A stretch of DNA of 64,000 bases from an uncultured Clostridia bacterium (GCA_944383335.1 CALWPD010000001.1:1901-65900), one strand, 5' to 3'; shown: positions 8,431 to 18,405, counted from the first letter of the stretch. Notes: a model not told the origin generated them from the sequence alone. Numbers and translations are program-made.

Positions 8431-9777
8431 TTACATAAGTAAATTACCATTGTTTGTGTTTACAACTTTTAAAATGTTTTCAATTTCGCCATTTAATGCA
8501 TTTACATAAACATAGTATGTCGCTCCGTCATTTGTACATATGTTCTCATAACAAAGTATTTCTCGATTATACTCAAGTGGCGCTAAACATAACCTTGTTT
8601 CTTTGATATAAAGATCATTTGGAACAACCTCTTTAGCACTGTCGACATCAAGTGATGCATTGTTTATATTCCTTTTGGTGTGATTGGTGTAATATGATGA
8701 TGCTTCAAATCCTACAACGATTCCACTTGCGAGGTCGACTTTTACCTTGACAAGATCAGGATAAAGTATAATGCCATCTTGCAATGGTGCCAAATTTATA
8801 TATGCATCCGCTCCTACCACATCACTCCATACGCATTTAGTGTTTTTTATTCCTGTTGAAGAAGTGAAATCAATGGCGATATTTTGTGCATCAGAAAGTG
8901 AATAATTTTTAGTTTTGTCATTATCGCCAACGCTTAAAGTTAATATTTTTGAACCGTTTTGAGTAACTTGTACATACATTGCATCACCCGAAATTGTGGA
9001 GAGCTTAAAATCATATGTCTTAAAATGCCCATTAGTCTCACCAAGGTATGTAACACTTTCTTCATTAATATCTTTAAAAACTTCCAAAATAGTGTTTTTG
9101 GCAACATTATTTGTAACTTTGTCAAAATTTAGATTCTTAATTTCTTTGTCTACCATTGAATCAGAGAATGGTCCGTCATATATCATTGCAGGATATTCCA
9201 CATCTTTTGATTTAAGATTTTGAAGTATTTGTGTAAACTTATTCAAATCGCCATCAAATGATACACTGGCATCATAAATTTTACCATTGTAAATGTTTTC
9301 TGACATTTTATTTATGTTGTCTTTTAAAATCGTGAATGCCTGTTTTAACTCTCTCAGTGTGTTAAGTTCAGTATCGCTTAACCTTTCCCCACGGTCAATT
9401 TTATTTGAAAGAGTTTGTGTATAACCACTCACTTGATTTATAAACTTTATTGTTTCATTTATGCCATTTATAGACAATGGCAAAGCACTTAAATTTGAAG
9501 TCGCCTGCGCAGTGTTTTTACTTATTTCAGAAAGTAAGCTTTTTGAGTAAGCATTTTCTCCACTAACAGCAACTTTGCTTAATTTTATTTCACTATTGTT
9601 TATATTATCAACAAGTTCGGAATAGTTTCTTTGATAAATATTTTCAAGATCAAGTTTAAGTTGATTTTGTTTTGACATTGATATTCCATAAAGTGCAATG
9701 AATGTAACTAGTGCAATGCCAAGAATAATCGACAGCAAAATTAAAAAAGTATTGCGTCTTTTTAGTGATTTTTCCAT
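8431..9777 (-). CDS. ypeB: germination protein YpeB
   Basis: 448 aa with an N-terminal TM anchor, immediately downstream of sleB as in Bacillus. Size and architecture match YpeB. Confidence 0.8.
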   Translation of the reverse strand: MEKSLKRRNTFLILLSIILGIALVTFIALYGISMSKQNQLKLDLENIYQRNYSELVDNINNSEIKLSKVAVSGENAYSKSLLSEISKNTAQATSNLSALPLSINGINETIKFINQVSGYTQTLSNKIDRGERLSDTELNTLRELKQAFTILKDNINKMSENIYNGKIYDASVSFDGDLNKFTQILQNLKSKDVEYPAMIYDGPFSDSMVDKEIKNLNFDKVTNNVAKNTILEVFKDINEESVTYLGETNGHFKTYDFKLSTISGDAMYVQVTQNGSKILTLSVGDNDKTKNYSLSDAQNIAIDFTSSTGIKNTKCVWSDVVGADAYINLAPLQDGIILYPDLVKVKVDLASGIVVGFEASSYYTNHTKRNINNASLDVDSAKEVVPNDLYIKETRLCLAPLEYNREILCYENICTNDGATYYVYVNALNGEIENILKVVNTNNGNLLM

Positions 9778-9786
9778 AATCTCCTC

Positions 9787-10449
9787 CTATATAGCAAACA
9801 CATGCTTGCCAATCGTTACAACTGTTTGTCGTGTCCAAATCCATTCGCTTGTTGCTGTTTCTGGATTATAATAATATAAACATCCGTATGTAGGATCCCA
9901 GCCGTTTAAAGCGTCTTTTGCTGCGCTGTACGCTGTTTCATTTGGCTCCAAATTGATTTGTCCGTCATTTACTGCCGTGAATGCCCAAGGTTGATATATG
10001 ACTCCACTAATTGTATTTGGAAACTCTGGGCTGTCAACTCTATTTAAAATCACCGCAGCCACAGCGACCTGTCCAACATAAGGCTCTCCTCGTGCTTCAG
10101 CATGCACGCATTTTGCCAAGAGATATAAGTCCTGCGAAGTATACGAAGTTCCAGACGAAAGTCCCAGTGCTTTTAGTGTGTTTGGTCCAACAATCCCATC
10201 CACACTAAGACCATAATCACGCTGAAAATTTCTTATTGCAGTAACGCTTTGACTTCCCAAAATTCCATCAATGTTTCCTTTATAATAGCCCAAATCCTTT
10301 AATTTTTGTTGTATCTGCTTATTTTCAGTTTGTGAAGCAGTAATTGCAACTTCTTCATTTGGCTTGAATGCATCAATTAAAATATATGTTCCACTATAAG
10401 CAAGAGCAAATAAAGCCAGTAAAAATACAAAAATCTTTTGTTTTTTCAT
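9787..10449 (-). CDS. sleB: spore cortex-lytic enzyme SleB (PG_binding_1 + Hydrolase_2)
   Basis: LKDLGYYKGNIDGILGSQSVTAIRNFQRDYGLSVDGIVGPNTLKAL is a peptidoglycan-binding repeat. LAKCVHAEARGEPYVGQVAVAAVILNRVDSPEFPNTISGVIYQPWAFTAV is the SleB-type hydrolase core. Confidence 0.85.
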   Translation of the reverse strand: MKKQKIFVFLLALFALAYSGTYILIDAFKPNEEVAITASQTENKQIQQKLKDLGYYKGNIDGILGSQSVTAIRNFQRDYGLSVDGIVGPNTLKALGLSSGTSYTSQDLYLLAKCVHAEARGEPYVGQVAVAAVILNRVDSPEFPNTISGVIYQPWAFTAVNDGQINLEPNETAYSAAKDALNGWDPTYGCLYYYNPETATSEWIWTRQTVVTIGKHVFAI

Positions 10450-10459
10450 ACTAAACTCC

Positions 10460-10978
10460 TTATCCTAAGATTGATTTTAGTATCTCCAAAATTCTAGATT
10501 TATACAAAATATCTTGACTATTGTTTGAAATAAAGCAAAGTGGTGGATAAACAACACACCACCAGTTGTCGCCTTCTGCCGAGCCAAGTTCCACAATCAA
10601 ACTATCATAAATTCCGCTTTCAAGTACCACTCCGTCATAACTTCTGGTTGGAAATTGTTCCTCGCAAAACTTAACGTTAGCACCATAATCAAAGCCCTGC
10701 GATGCAAGAATATCCTCTGCAATTTTCTCCAAATCATCTAAACTGTTATTAATTACATTCACAAAGTCTTCACGAGACTTGGCATTTGAAATAAATGGAA
10801 TAAGATAAGACACAATTTCGTCTTTTATTTCATATTTTACATTTTGGTCAACAGTCAAATTACTATTTGCCCTGACATGTATGCGTATGTATTCCTGCTT
10901 AGGCCTTGCACCAAAAATTCCAAACAAAACAAGTCCGAGTGTTAAAATTACAACCAATATAGAAATCGTTTTTTTCAT
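10460..10978 (-). CDS. spoIIR: stage II sporulation protein R
   Basis: IRIHVRANSNLTVDQNVKYEIKDEIVSYL is the SpoIIR signature, with a signal anchor. Start moved to ATG 10978 (SD GGGAG). Confidence 0.8.
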   Translation of the reverse strand: MKKTISILVVILTLGLVLFGIFGARPKQEYIRIHVRANSNLTVDQNVKYEIKDEIVSYLIPFISNAKSREDFVNVINNSLDDLEKIAEDILASQGFDYGANVKFCEEQFPTRSYDGVVLESGIYDSLIVELGSAEGDNWWCVVYPPLCFISNNSQDILYKSRILEILKSILG

Positions 10979-11037
10979 AAAAAAATCTCCCACAACATTT
11001 ATTGACGTTGTGAAAAAATTTATACATACAAATTACA

Positions 11038-11913
11038 TTATTTAATTGACTTGAAAAGCAGTTGTGGTATATTTACTTCGCAGGCCTCATAAAAATTGTT
11101 TACACTTGCACTTGTGTTAACCTCGCATACAACTGGCCCATTAATGCTTTTTAATATATCCACAATGGCAAAATCACATCCAATCACCTTGCTTGCACCG
11201 ATGGCGAGTTGTTCATCTAGATATGTTGGAACATATTTATCTATACTGCCACCAAAAGAAAGATTTGACCTAAAATCTCCGCCATTATTGCGACGCCTAA
11301 ATGCTGCAACCACTTTGTTTTTTATAACGAACAATCTTATATCGCTTCCACTTGCCTCAACAATAAATTCTTGAAGAAGAAGCATATTCCCTCCAAGTTT
11401 TTCAATAAGGTCATACAGCTCTTCTTTGGTCTTGCATAAATAGACGTTTTGTCCATAGTCGCCATACCAACCTTTCACAATCATTGGAAGTCCAAGGTCT
11501 GAAATTGCGTTGTTTAAAAACAATATTGCTTTATTTCTATTAAATTTAGTCATCATTGGAAAAATAACCGTTTTAGGAATATTGATATGATTTTTGGCAA
11601 GAATTTGATACATATTTGCCTTATTTTCACAAATATCAATAGCAAAAGCACTGTTCACAACCTTTACTCCAAGCATCTCCAAATTCCTTGCCAAATGAAA
11701 ATCTTTATCAAAAAAAATAGCATAATCATATGTTCCAAAGGATTCATGACACTTTACCATACTATTATCTATAAATGTGTAAAGTTGAACATTTGAAACA
11801 AAATCTAACATAATATTCATTTCTTTTGCGGACTCAACAAAGAGTTTATTTTGTTGCTTGAATTCCTCTTGACTAAGCGTGTCGTCATGAACAACTAAAA
11901 CTTTGCCTCTCAT
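11038..11913 (-). CDS. RimK-type ATP-grasp ligase
   Basis: DIRLFVIKNKVVAAFRRRNNGGDFRSNLSFGGS...GCDFAIVDILKSINGPVVCEVNTSASV matches the RimK/GSH-synthase ATP-grasp core. Preferred start is MRGKVLVV at 11913 (SD GGAG 7 nt upstream). Last gene of the dap operon. Confidence 0.75.
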   Translation of the reverse strand: MRGKVLVVHDDTLSQEEFKQQNKLFVESAKEMNIMLDFVSNVQLYTFIDNSMVKCHESFGTYDYAIFFDKDFHLARNLEMLGVKVVNSAFAIDICENKANMYQILAKNHINIPKTVIFPMMTKFNRNKAILFLNNAISDLGLPMIVKGWYGDYGQNVYLCKTKEELYDLIEKLGGNMLLLQEFIVEASGSDIRLFVIKNKVVAAFRRRNNGGDFRSNLSFGGSIDKYVPTYLDEQLAIGASKVIGCDFAIVDILKSINGPVVCEVNTSASVNNFYEACEVNIPQLLFKSIK

Positions 11914-11947
11914 ACTTTTCTCCAAAGTTATGTTAGCACAAAGTCCA

Positions 11948-12949
11948 CTATTTTGCAATATTAAAATATATTTGTTTAATCATTTTATTTACACTATGTA
12001 TATCTGTACAAATGTAAACATATTTTTTTGAAATATAATTAATATTATCGTAAAACTTTTTTAATTTATCTAAACTTGTAGTCTTGACTACAATTTGACA
12101 GTAATCTCCAAGGCATTTAAAACACACAAAAATACAGGCGTGGTTATTGTGATCTATGGTGGTAAAATTTTTACTTGGTGAGAAGATGTTTTTGACTTTT
12201 ATAACAACATTTGTATATTTTAAAATTTTGCAAACATCTTTATGTAAAACTTTTGCATCACAAGATGAAAAGAGTTGGCAATCATCAATCGACATATATT
12301 TTATAGTCCTTGCATTTTTAACAAATTTTGGATTAACTTCTTTTATCCCATTTTCATCGGTATAATTTTCATAATATTTAGCCTTTATCACTCGTGCAAT
12401 TACTGCTCCAGTAATATCTCCACCACCCCTTGAAAACAATTTAATTTTACCATCTGAAATTCCATAAAAACCAGGAATTAATATTTTTTTATATTTTTTT
12501 AAATAATAATTTAATTTTTTTTCAATTTTATCATAACATAATTTATCTTTTTCAAAATAAATTATCTTTTCAGCAGGAATAAATATTATGTTTAAATATT
12601 TTGATAAAATTTTTGAAGTCAAAAATTCTCCCCGGGAGATGAAATATTCACTATCGTTATCTAAAAGATATTTTTTTTGATATTTTTTTAAATAATAAAG
12701 AATATTAAATTTTACATTTGTTAGATCGCACAAATATTTTAATTTATTATATATTTTTATTAAAATGGTTTTTTCTTTTTTTATAGTATATTCAATCAAA
12801 AGATCAGTTAATTTGTTATCGTCATTCTCTGTTTTTCCGATTGCTGAAAATACCAAAACTGTCCTTTGGTCATCTTTAACTAGTTTTTGTATATTGTGTA
12901 GTGCGCTTTGACTTGTTGTGGTTGTGCCACCGAACTTACAAACAATCAA
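11948..12949 (-). CDS. aspartate kinase (short form, 333 aa)
   Basis: The N-terminus MIVCKFGGTTT...VLVFSAIGK and SRGGGDITGAVIARVIKA (compare GRGGSDTTA) are amino-acid-kinase-fold motifs. The C-terminal regulatory region looks too short for two full ACT domains. Confidence 0.75.
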   Translation of the reverse strand: MIVCKFGGTTTTSQSALHNIQKLVKDDQRTVLVFSAIGKTENDDNKLTDLLIEYTIKKEKTILIKIYNKLKYLCDLTNVKFNILYYLKKYQKKYLLDNDSEYFISRGEFLTSKILSKYLNIIFIPAEKIIYFEKDKLCYDKIEKKLNYYLKKYKKILIPGFYGISDGKIKLFSRGGGDITGAVIARVIKAKYYENYTDENGIKEVNPKFVKNARTIKYMSIDDCQLFSSCDAKVLHKDVCKILKYTNVVIKVKNIFSPSKNFTTIDHNNHACIFVCFKCLGDYCQIVVKTTSLDKLKKFYDNINYISKKYVYICTDIHSVNKMIKQIYFNIAK

Positions 12950-13593
12950 ATTATATCCTCCATGGTATAAAGCCCAATTTTTTTATTTTTAATAAATTTA
13001 CAGGCAAGATACGCTCCATTACAAAAAACCTGTTTTGAATTTGCCGTATGTTTTATTTCAAGTTTCTCATCTTTTAAATAAAAAGTAATTTCATGTTCTC
13101 CCACAACATCACCCACACGATAAGCATGAACCTTCAAATCAATGCCTTTTTTGTTTAATATTTTTATAAGTTCTTTGGCTGAGCCACTAGGTTTATCTTT
13201 TTTGTTCTTGTGGTGAACCTCGCTTAACACCGCTTCCAAATTCTCAACCTTTTTTAAACTGGTCATAAAACGCTTGAAAAGCGTAAACAGTATGCTAAAA
13301 TTTGCAGACATAAATATTGGAATACTTTTGCTATATTTTTTTATCAACCTAATATTTTGCATCTTGTGATTTGTTGTTGCAATCACCAATGGACATTTGC
13401 GCTTGTATGCCAGGTTTAGATTGTCAGGCAAGGCATCGGATGTTGAAAAATCTAGCACTATATCATAGTCTATATTTTTTATAATATCCCTATTGTCGAC
13501 ATCGATTTTAAAATACTCAATACAGTGTTCATCAAAGTATTTTGACATCTCTTTTCCCATTTTTCCTTCACTGCCAACTAACAAAACTTTCAT
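12946..13593 (-). CDS. dapB: 4-hydroxy-tetrahydrodipicolinate reductase (short DapB)
   Basis: MKVLLVGSEGKMGKEM is a Rossmann N-terminus. EVHHKNKKDKPSGSAKEL matches the E(A)HHxxKxDAPSGTA catalytic motif. 4-nt overlaps on both sides. Confidence 0.8.
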   Translation of the reverse strand: MKVLLVGSEGKMGKEMSKYFDEHCIEYFKIDVDNRDIIKNIDYDIVLDFSTSDALPDNLNLAYKRKCPLVIATTNHKMQNIRLIKKYSKSIPIFMSANFSILFTLFKRFMTSLKKVENLEAVLSEVHHKNKKDKPSGSAKELIKILNKKGIDLKVHAYRVGDVVGEHEITFYLKDEKLEIKHTANSKQVFCNGAYLACKFIKNKKIGLYTMEDII

Positions 13594-14450
13594 AAAAACT
13601 CCTTTAAATTTTCAAGTTCATTGTCAATCAACGTGCAATATTTTTCACTTAATGGTGTAAGAGGTAATCGTAAAATGTTTTGTATTATCCCTAAACTTGA
13701 AAGAGCATATTTTATGGGAATAGGATTTGGCTCGCTAAACATTAAATTGTTGAAATTATAAAATCTTTTTAAAATCTCACTCCGTCTTTTTGCGTCTGTA
13801 TGCACACTTTGCATAGCCTTTGGAAAAATGTTTGATGTAACACTTACTATACCTTTTGCACCGAGTGCGTAGAACACTTTGGCCAAGTTATCATTGCCAC
13901 AAAGTACAGGTAATGTGTTTTTATGAAAAACGTCCAATATGTGTAAAATATCTGTACTCGCCTCTTTGAGTGCGACCACATTCTTAAACTTTGCAAGTTC
14001 AGTAAGGGTATCTGCACTTATGTTAATATTAGTTCGAGATGGAACATTGTAAACAATAATCGGAATATTCACATTGTTTATCTGCTCAAAATGCTTTAAT
14101 ATTCCACTCTGGGTGCATTTTGAATAATATGGGCTAACCACAAGACAAGCATCGGCGCCATATCTTTTAGCCAAAGATGTTTGACTAACCGTCGTTTCTG
14201 TGTCTGGTGCACCTGTTCCTACGACGAGCTTTGCAAAAGCAGGCATATGTCTTTTAGCAATTTTTATCATCTTTATGCGGTCATTTTGGGAAATACTTTC
14301 ACATTCACCAGTGGAACCTAAAATAAGAATATTTTTTATTCCAAGTAAAATTTGCCTTTCAATAAGCATTGAAAAAGCATCAAAATCAACATTATGCTGT
14401 AAATCAAAAGGTGTTACAAGTGCTGTTGTGATACCTTCAAACATATTCAT
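13590..14450 (-). CDS. dapA: 4-hydroxy-tetrahydrodipicolinate synthase
   Basis: GITTALVTPF...ILGSTGECESIS...VVSPYYSKCTQSGILKHF...IIVYNVPSRT is the classic DapA pattern. Confidence 0.85.
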   Translation of the reverse strand: MNMFEGITTALVTPFDLQHNVDFDAFSMLIERQILLGIKNILILGSTGECESISQNDRIKMIKIAKRHMPAFAKLVVGTGAPDTETTVSQTSLAKRYGADACLVVSPYYSKCTQSGILKHFEQINNVNIPIIVYNVPSRTNINISADTLTELAKFKNVVALKEASTDILHILDVFHKNTLPVLCGNDNLAKVFYALGAKGIVSVTSNIFPKAMQSVHTDAKRRSEILKRFYNFNNLMFSEPNPIPIKYALSSLGIIQNILRLPLTPLSEKYCTLIDNELENLKEFL

Positions 14451-15388
14451 CTCCCAATTAATTTGATTAAAATTTCAACACCATTTTGTGCTGCACCTTT
14501 TCTTAGGTTGTCAATAACTACAAACATTGCGAAGTGTCTTTCGTCATACTGGCGAAGTCCACTAACAAGTACATCATCTTGTCCTTTGGCAAGTAATGGC
14601 ATAGCACACTCCACATATTTCACGTTTGGAGTATTTATAATACGTTGTTTTATTTGACTTTTTGTGCACTTTTCTTGTGTTTCAAAAAATATGCTTATTC
14701 CATGACATACATCAATAGGCACTCTAACGGTTTGAGCCATGACAAAAAGTTTATCATTGTGTAATATTTTTTTTGTTTCGTAAATAATTTTTTTTTCTTC
14801 AACACAAAAATTATTTTCGTCTTTATTACCTATGTATGGTATTAAATTATTGTCAATAACATAGTCTAATTTTTTTAGATTTTTGCTATTTTTCTCATAA
14901 CGCTCATCTAGTGCCAGCTTCCCCGCTCCGCTTAATGACTGATAAGTAGATATATAAACACTTTTTAATCCAATGTAATTATTAATTCTAAACAGTGCCA
15001 TTACCGCACCCGTTGTGGCACAGTTTGGATTACAGATTATATTCCCTGATATATCTGCGTAATTGATTTGTGGTACTATTAAAGGATACTGTTTTCTAAA
15101 TTGTGCAGAGAAGTCTATAACAATCGTTCCATTACCAGCAAGTCTTGGAACATATTTTTTAGAAATATCTTCACGAGTGCACATAAGCACATAATTATAA
15201 TTTTGCAAAAAAATATCTTCACTTAATGCGTTGACTTTATATGGTTTGGACTTTATATATAAAGTCTTACCTTCTGATTTTTGGGAAGCAAATAGAAAAA
15301 AATCGGCTTCTACACCTTTTTCACCTAAAATATCCAGCACTGTTCTACCCACCTGTCCGCTGGCACCAACTATCGCAATTTTGTCCAT
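14447..15388 (-). CDS. asd: aspartate-semialdehyde dehydrogenase
   Basis: IAIVGASGQVGRTVL is the NAD(P)-binding N-terminus and ICNPNCATTG is the active-site Cys region. Start moved to ATG 15388 (SD GGAG). Confidence 0.85.
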   Translation of the reverse strand: MDKIAIVGASGQVGRTVLDILGEKGVEADFFLFASQKSEGKTLYIKSKPYKVNALSEDIFLQNYNYVLMCTREDISKKYVPRLAGNGTIVIDFSAQFRKQYPLIVPQINYADISGNIICNPNCATTGAVMALFRINNYIGLKSVYISTYQSLSGAGKLALDERYEKNSKNLKKLDYVIDNNLIPYIGNKDENNFCVEEKKIIYETKKILHNDKLFVMAQTVRVPIDVCHGISIFFETQEKCTKSQIKQRIINTPNVKYVECAMPLLAKGQDDVLVSGLRQYDERHFAMFVVIDNLRKGAAQNGVEILIKLIGR

Positions 15389-15467
15389 AATAAAACTCCA
15401 CAAGTATTAGATGATAAAAAACAAAATTGTGTGATAAAATCTATAAAATTACATTTATAAGGTTGCA

Positions 15468-15498
15468 AAATAAAAAGACTACGAGAATACTCGTAGCC
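15468..15498 (-). terminator. intrinsic terminator after the lipoprotein gene 15514..16890
   Basis: The minus strand reads ggctacgag-tatt-ctcgtagtc followed by TTTTTATTTT. Confidence 0.6.
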
Positions 15499-15513
15499 TA
15501 TTTATATTAATAT

Positions 15514-16890
15514 TTATTCGCTATCGCTGTTTCCAGTTCCAGTTAAATCTGACTCCAAAACAGACGCAATGCATTCAACTCTAAGTTGTGGATTGTTTAA
15601 TGTCGCTGTGTGAATATTTGCTCTATGACAATAATACGTGTCTGTTGTATTGGTTGAAAGTTGAGCATAAAAATAAATATATTCTGGATTGCCAACTTCA
15701 TTATATACTAAATCACAAGCACCTTGTTGAATATTTGACATTTCTGCAAGCGTTTGAGGAATTTTATCACGATAACTTATTCTATACAAACCATTTGCAG
15801 TTGTGTAATAGACATAGTCCCCATATACTAATTCAATATTTGCGTCTTCGCCAACAAGAATAATGTAATTGGCCTTGTTTTCTTCTCCTTTTGTTGCAAG
15901 AAATATTTTTGAATATGCTTCATATACAACATTTTTTGCATTAATTGGTGTGAAGTTGGCTATATTATCAGTTCCATCAATTTCTCCATCAACTGTCCAT
16001 TGTACGCAATCGCTTCCAAAAGAATTGAAGTTTGAAATTGAATAATAATATGCAATGGAATCGCCAGTATCTTGTTTGTAATAAAGCATTCCATCCGAGT
16101 AACAAACAAGTGTAATCGCATTATAATTATCTTGAACAAGAAAACTGCTTTCATTAGATGTTATATCATATCTATAAAGTGAATTGCCTGTAAGCCCTGC
16201 ATCTTGGTCCTCTTCAGAAAGTGCTTTTGTGTAATAAAATGCATCTATTTCACCAAACTGTGTTGGAAAGACCACATCTGTTACATCACTAACAAGCTCA
16301 GTTGGCTTTGAAATTGATTTACCAATGGTAATTTTAATGACTTTTGAGTTATCAAATATAAGAACATAGTTTTCATTGTTTTCATCATCAGTTGCAAAAA
16401 AGAATTCTCCGCGAGATTCGGTTGTTGTATAAATTTCTTTAAGACCAGTTCCATCAAGGCATATGCGATACAGCGTTGTCAAATCAAAACGATCAGTTCC
16501 ATTGTCTTCTTTATGCGTATTTGGTGAAGTAAAATACAAGTGCTTGTCCAATACATACATATTTTCATTGTCAAACCCAGAAATTTTGCTATATACTTTC
16601 TCAACATTTTCAATTTTGCCATCTTCATCTGTGGTGGTGAAACCATACTCATTAGTTTTGACTCTATAAATAGAATTATGCTCTGCAGTTTTTTCGGTGT
16701 TGTCATTGCCACTAAGTGATGAATAATCAACATATGTGTTAGCAAAATAGACATAATCACCAACTGTTACAACACTTCCTCCATTACTCAATATATCACC
16801 GGTTGGCACATTTAATTTTGTACCACATCCGGTGAGAAGAAAACTAACACATAAAAGTAAACACGCTAAATAAGTAAAAATCTTTTTCAT
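15514..16890 (-). CDS. lipoprotein, probable beta-propeller (DUF5050-like repeats)
   Basis: Lipobox LLTGC|G. Repeated Y-V-Y-F ... IYR ... DG segments resemble the repeat pattern of DUF5050-type propellers. Family assignment is from memory only. Confidence 0.55.
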   Translation of the reverse strand: MKKIFTYLACLLLCVSFLLTGCGTKLNVPTGDILSNGGSVVTVGDYVYFANTYVDYSSLSGNDNTEKTAEHNSIYRVKTNEYGFTTTDEDGKIENVEKVYSKISGFDNENMYVLDKHLYFTSPNTHKEDNGTDRFDLTTLYRICLDGTGLKEIYTTTESRGEFFFATDDENNENYVLIFDNSKVIKITIGKSISKPTELVSDVTDVVFPTQFGEIDAFYYTKALSEEDQDAGLTGNSLYRYDITSNESSFLVQDNYNAITLVCYSDGMLYYKQDTGDSIAYYYSISNFNSFGSDCVQWTVDGEIDGTDNIANFTPINAKNVVYEAYSKIFLATKGEENKANYIILVGEDANIELVYGDYVYYTTANGLYRISYRDKIPQTLAEMSNIQQGACDLVYNEVGNPEYIYFYAQLSTNTTDTYYCHRANIHTATLNNPQLRVECIASVLESDLTGTGNSDSE

Positions 16891-16909
16891 AAATTATTAT
16901 CCTTAAAAA

Positions 16910-17515
16910 TTACGCAATCGAATCAATAGTTTCAAACATTACAACAAAGTTATTTTCAATATCTGAAAAACTTGCTGTGTAATCTTTGACCATTGTACTG
17001 AGAGTTATTTCTTTCCATGAAGGATTTTCATCATACTTATAACCACCTATTTCAATAGGACCGGATACAGAATTTACGATATTGCCAGAATCTGTTCCAT
17101 ATTCGTTTATGCTAACGCGAATTGGTTTGTCTGAATAGTTGTAAACTTTAATTGTATAAATAATTGGTTCAGTTACTGATGCAAATTCCAAACTTTCCAA
17201 TATTTGCCATTCACCGAGTGAATAGTTTGGATCATTTCGTAAACTCTCATTAAATTCAACATCTTTATAGGCACCGATAGCATATAAATAATCTTCAACG
17301 CTATCATAATCGCCTGGTGCAGAGGACAAATTGGTCTGTATTGCACCAGAAACCCTACATTCAAGTCCTACATATACATCTTCGGCAGGTCTAAACCCAA
17401 TAGTGTTCGTTACAGAAAAAGTTTGTGTAAGATGAGCATACACACTAAATGCAAGTAAACTTACACAAAGTACCATACTGATAATTGTAGTTAAAATAAT
17501 AGATGACCTTCGCAT
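16910..17515 (-). CDS. hypothetical secreted/anchored protein
   Basis: N-terminal signal/anchor MRRSSIILTTIISMVLCVSLLAFSVYA, then a beta-rich 170 aa. No family recognised. Confidence 0.5.
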   Translation of the reverse strand: MRRSSIILTTIISMVLCVSLLAFSVYAHLTQTFSVTNTIGFRPAEDVYVGLECRVSGAIQTNLSSAPGDYDSVEDYLYAIGAYKDVEFNESLRNDPNYSLGEWQILESLEFASVTEPIIYTIKVYNYSDKPIRVSINEYGTDSGNIVNSVSGPIEIGGYKYDENPSWKEITLSTMVKDYTASFSDIENNFVVMFETIDSIA

Positions 17516-17593
17516 TTATTCACACCTCTACAACCTTGATATAATAAGTTTATTCTTTTAGCAAATATAAGTCAAGCAATCACACTTATTTTT

Positions 17594-17830
17594 TTACATA
17601 CTCTCGGTTTTTATTCTCACTGTGCCACATAAAACATCAAAATACGAAAAAGTCTGAACTTTTTCATTGTATAAAATTGTAAAAACGCTTGGATAAGTAT
17701 TATCAATGACTGCTTTAAAAGTATCAAATTTCTTCCTACCTCTGTTGACACAAAATTCACAAGTCTTACCTTTAAGAGAAAAAATTTGTGCTTTAATTTC
17801 ACCAAGAGCCTCTGTATTTTTCCTAATCAT
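17594..17830 (-). CDS. veg: Veg (DUF1021) biofilm/sporulation-associated small protein
   Basis: LGEIKAQIFSLKGKTCEFCVNRGRKKFDTFKAVIDNTYPSVFTILYNE...TFSYFDVLCGTVRI matches the Veg family pattern. Start at ATG 17830 (SD GGAGGA). Confidence 0.8.
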   Translation of the reverse strand: MIRKNTEALGEIKAQIFSLKGKTCEFCVNRGRKKFDTFKAVIDNTYPSVFTILYNEKVQTFSYFDVLCGTVRIKTESM

Positions 17831-17880
17831 ACATTCCTCCACTCTTGGTTATTGACATAAAATTTATATTTTAATCACGA

Positions 17881-18405
17881 TTAGTCATCATCTTCATCGT
17901 CAAAATCATCATCTTCGTCGTCGTCATCATCATAAAGGTCGTCATCATCTAAATCGTCATCATAATCGTCAGAACTTTCATCGTCATCATCTTCTCCATC
18001 TTCTTCATCATCTTCAAGTTCATCATCATCAAACATAATATCATCATCAAGACCGGCACCTAAAATATCATCGTCATCATCTTCTTTAACTGTAACACCA
18101 TCGCCAAGTTCTTCATCTTCACTTTCAAAATCATCATTTTCATCACGATTGACGTAATCTGACCAATCGTCTTTATCCTTATCTAAACTTTCAGGGTCAA
18201 TATTTCTTTCTTTCATACATTGTGGACACATAACCTCATCAGGTCCAATATAATTAGTCTTGCAAATTGGACAGAGTTCAAGATCAAGTTCATCATCTCC
18301 ACCACCAACTTGCATTTCCTTTTTGCACACACTGCAATATTTATCTTTTTTTAAACAATAATTAAGTTCACATCGTGGACATCTAATATACTCTTGTTTA
18401 GACAT
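17881..18405 (-). CDS. double zinc-ribbon protein with about 110-aa poly-Asp/Glu tail
   Basis: CPRCELNY...CSVCKKEM and CPICKTNY...CPQCM are two CxxC-x-CxxC ribbons. The C-terminal half is almost entirely D/E (DDDDLYDDDDDEDDDFDDEDDD). Confidence 0.6.
   Translation of the reverse strand: MSKQEYIRCPRCELNYCLKKDKYCSVCKKEMQVGGGDDELDLELCPICKTNYIGPDEVMCPQCMKERNIDPESLDKDKDDWSDYVNRDENDDFESEDEELGDGVTVKEDDDDDILGAGLDDDIMFDDDELEDDEEDGEDDDDESSDDYDDDLDDDDLYDDDDDEDDDFDDEDDD

Noticed and set aside
15404-15513. Looked for a lysine riboswitch (L-box) or T-box upstream of the asd-dap operon
   Set aside because: Only about 110 nt are available, and most of that is the upstream gene's terminator. No L-box-like conserved helices were seen.
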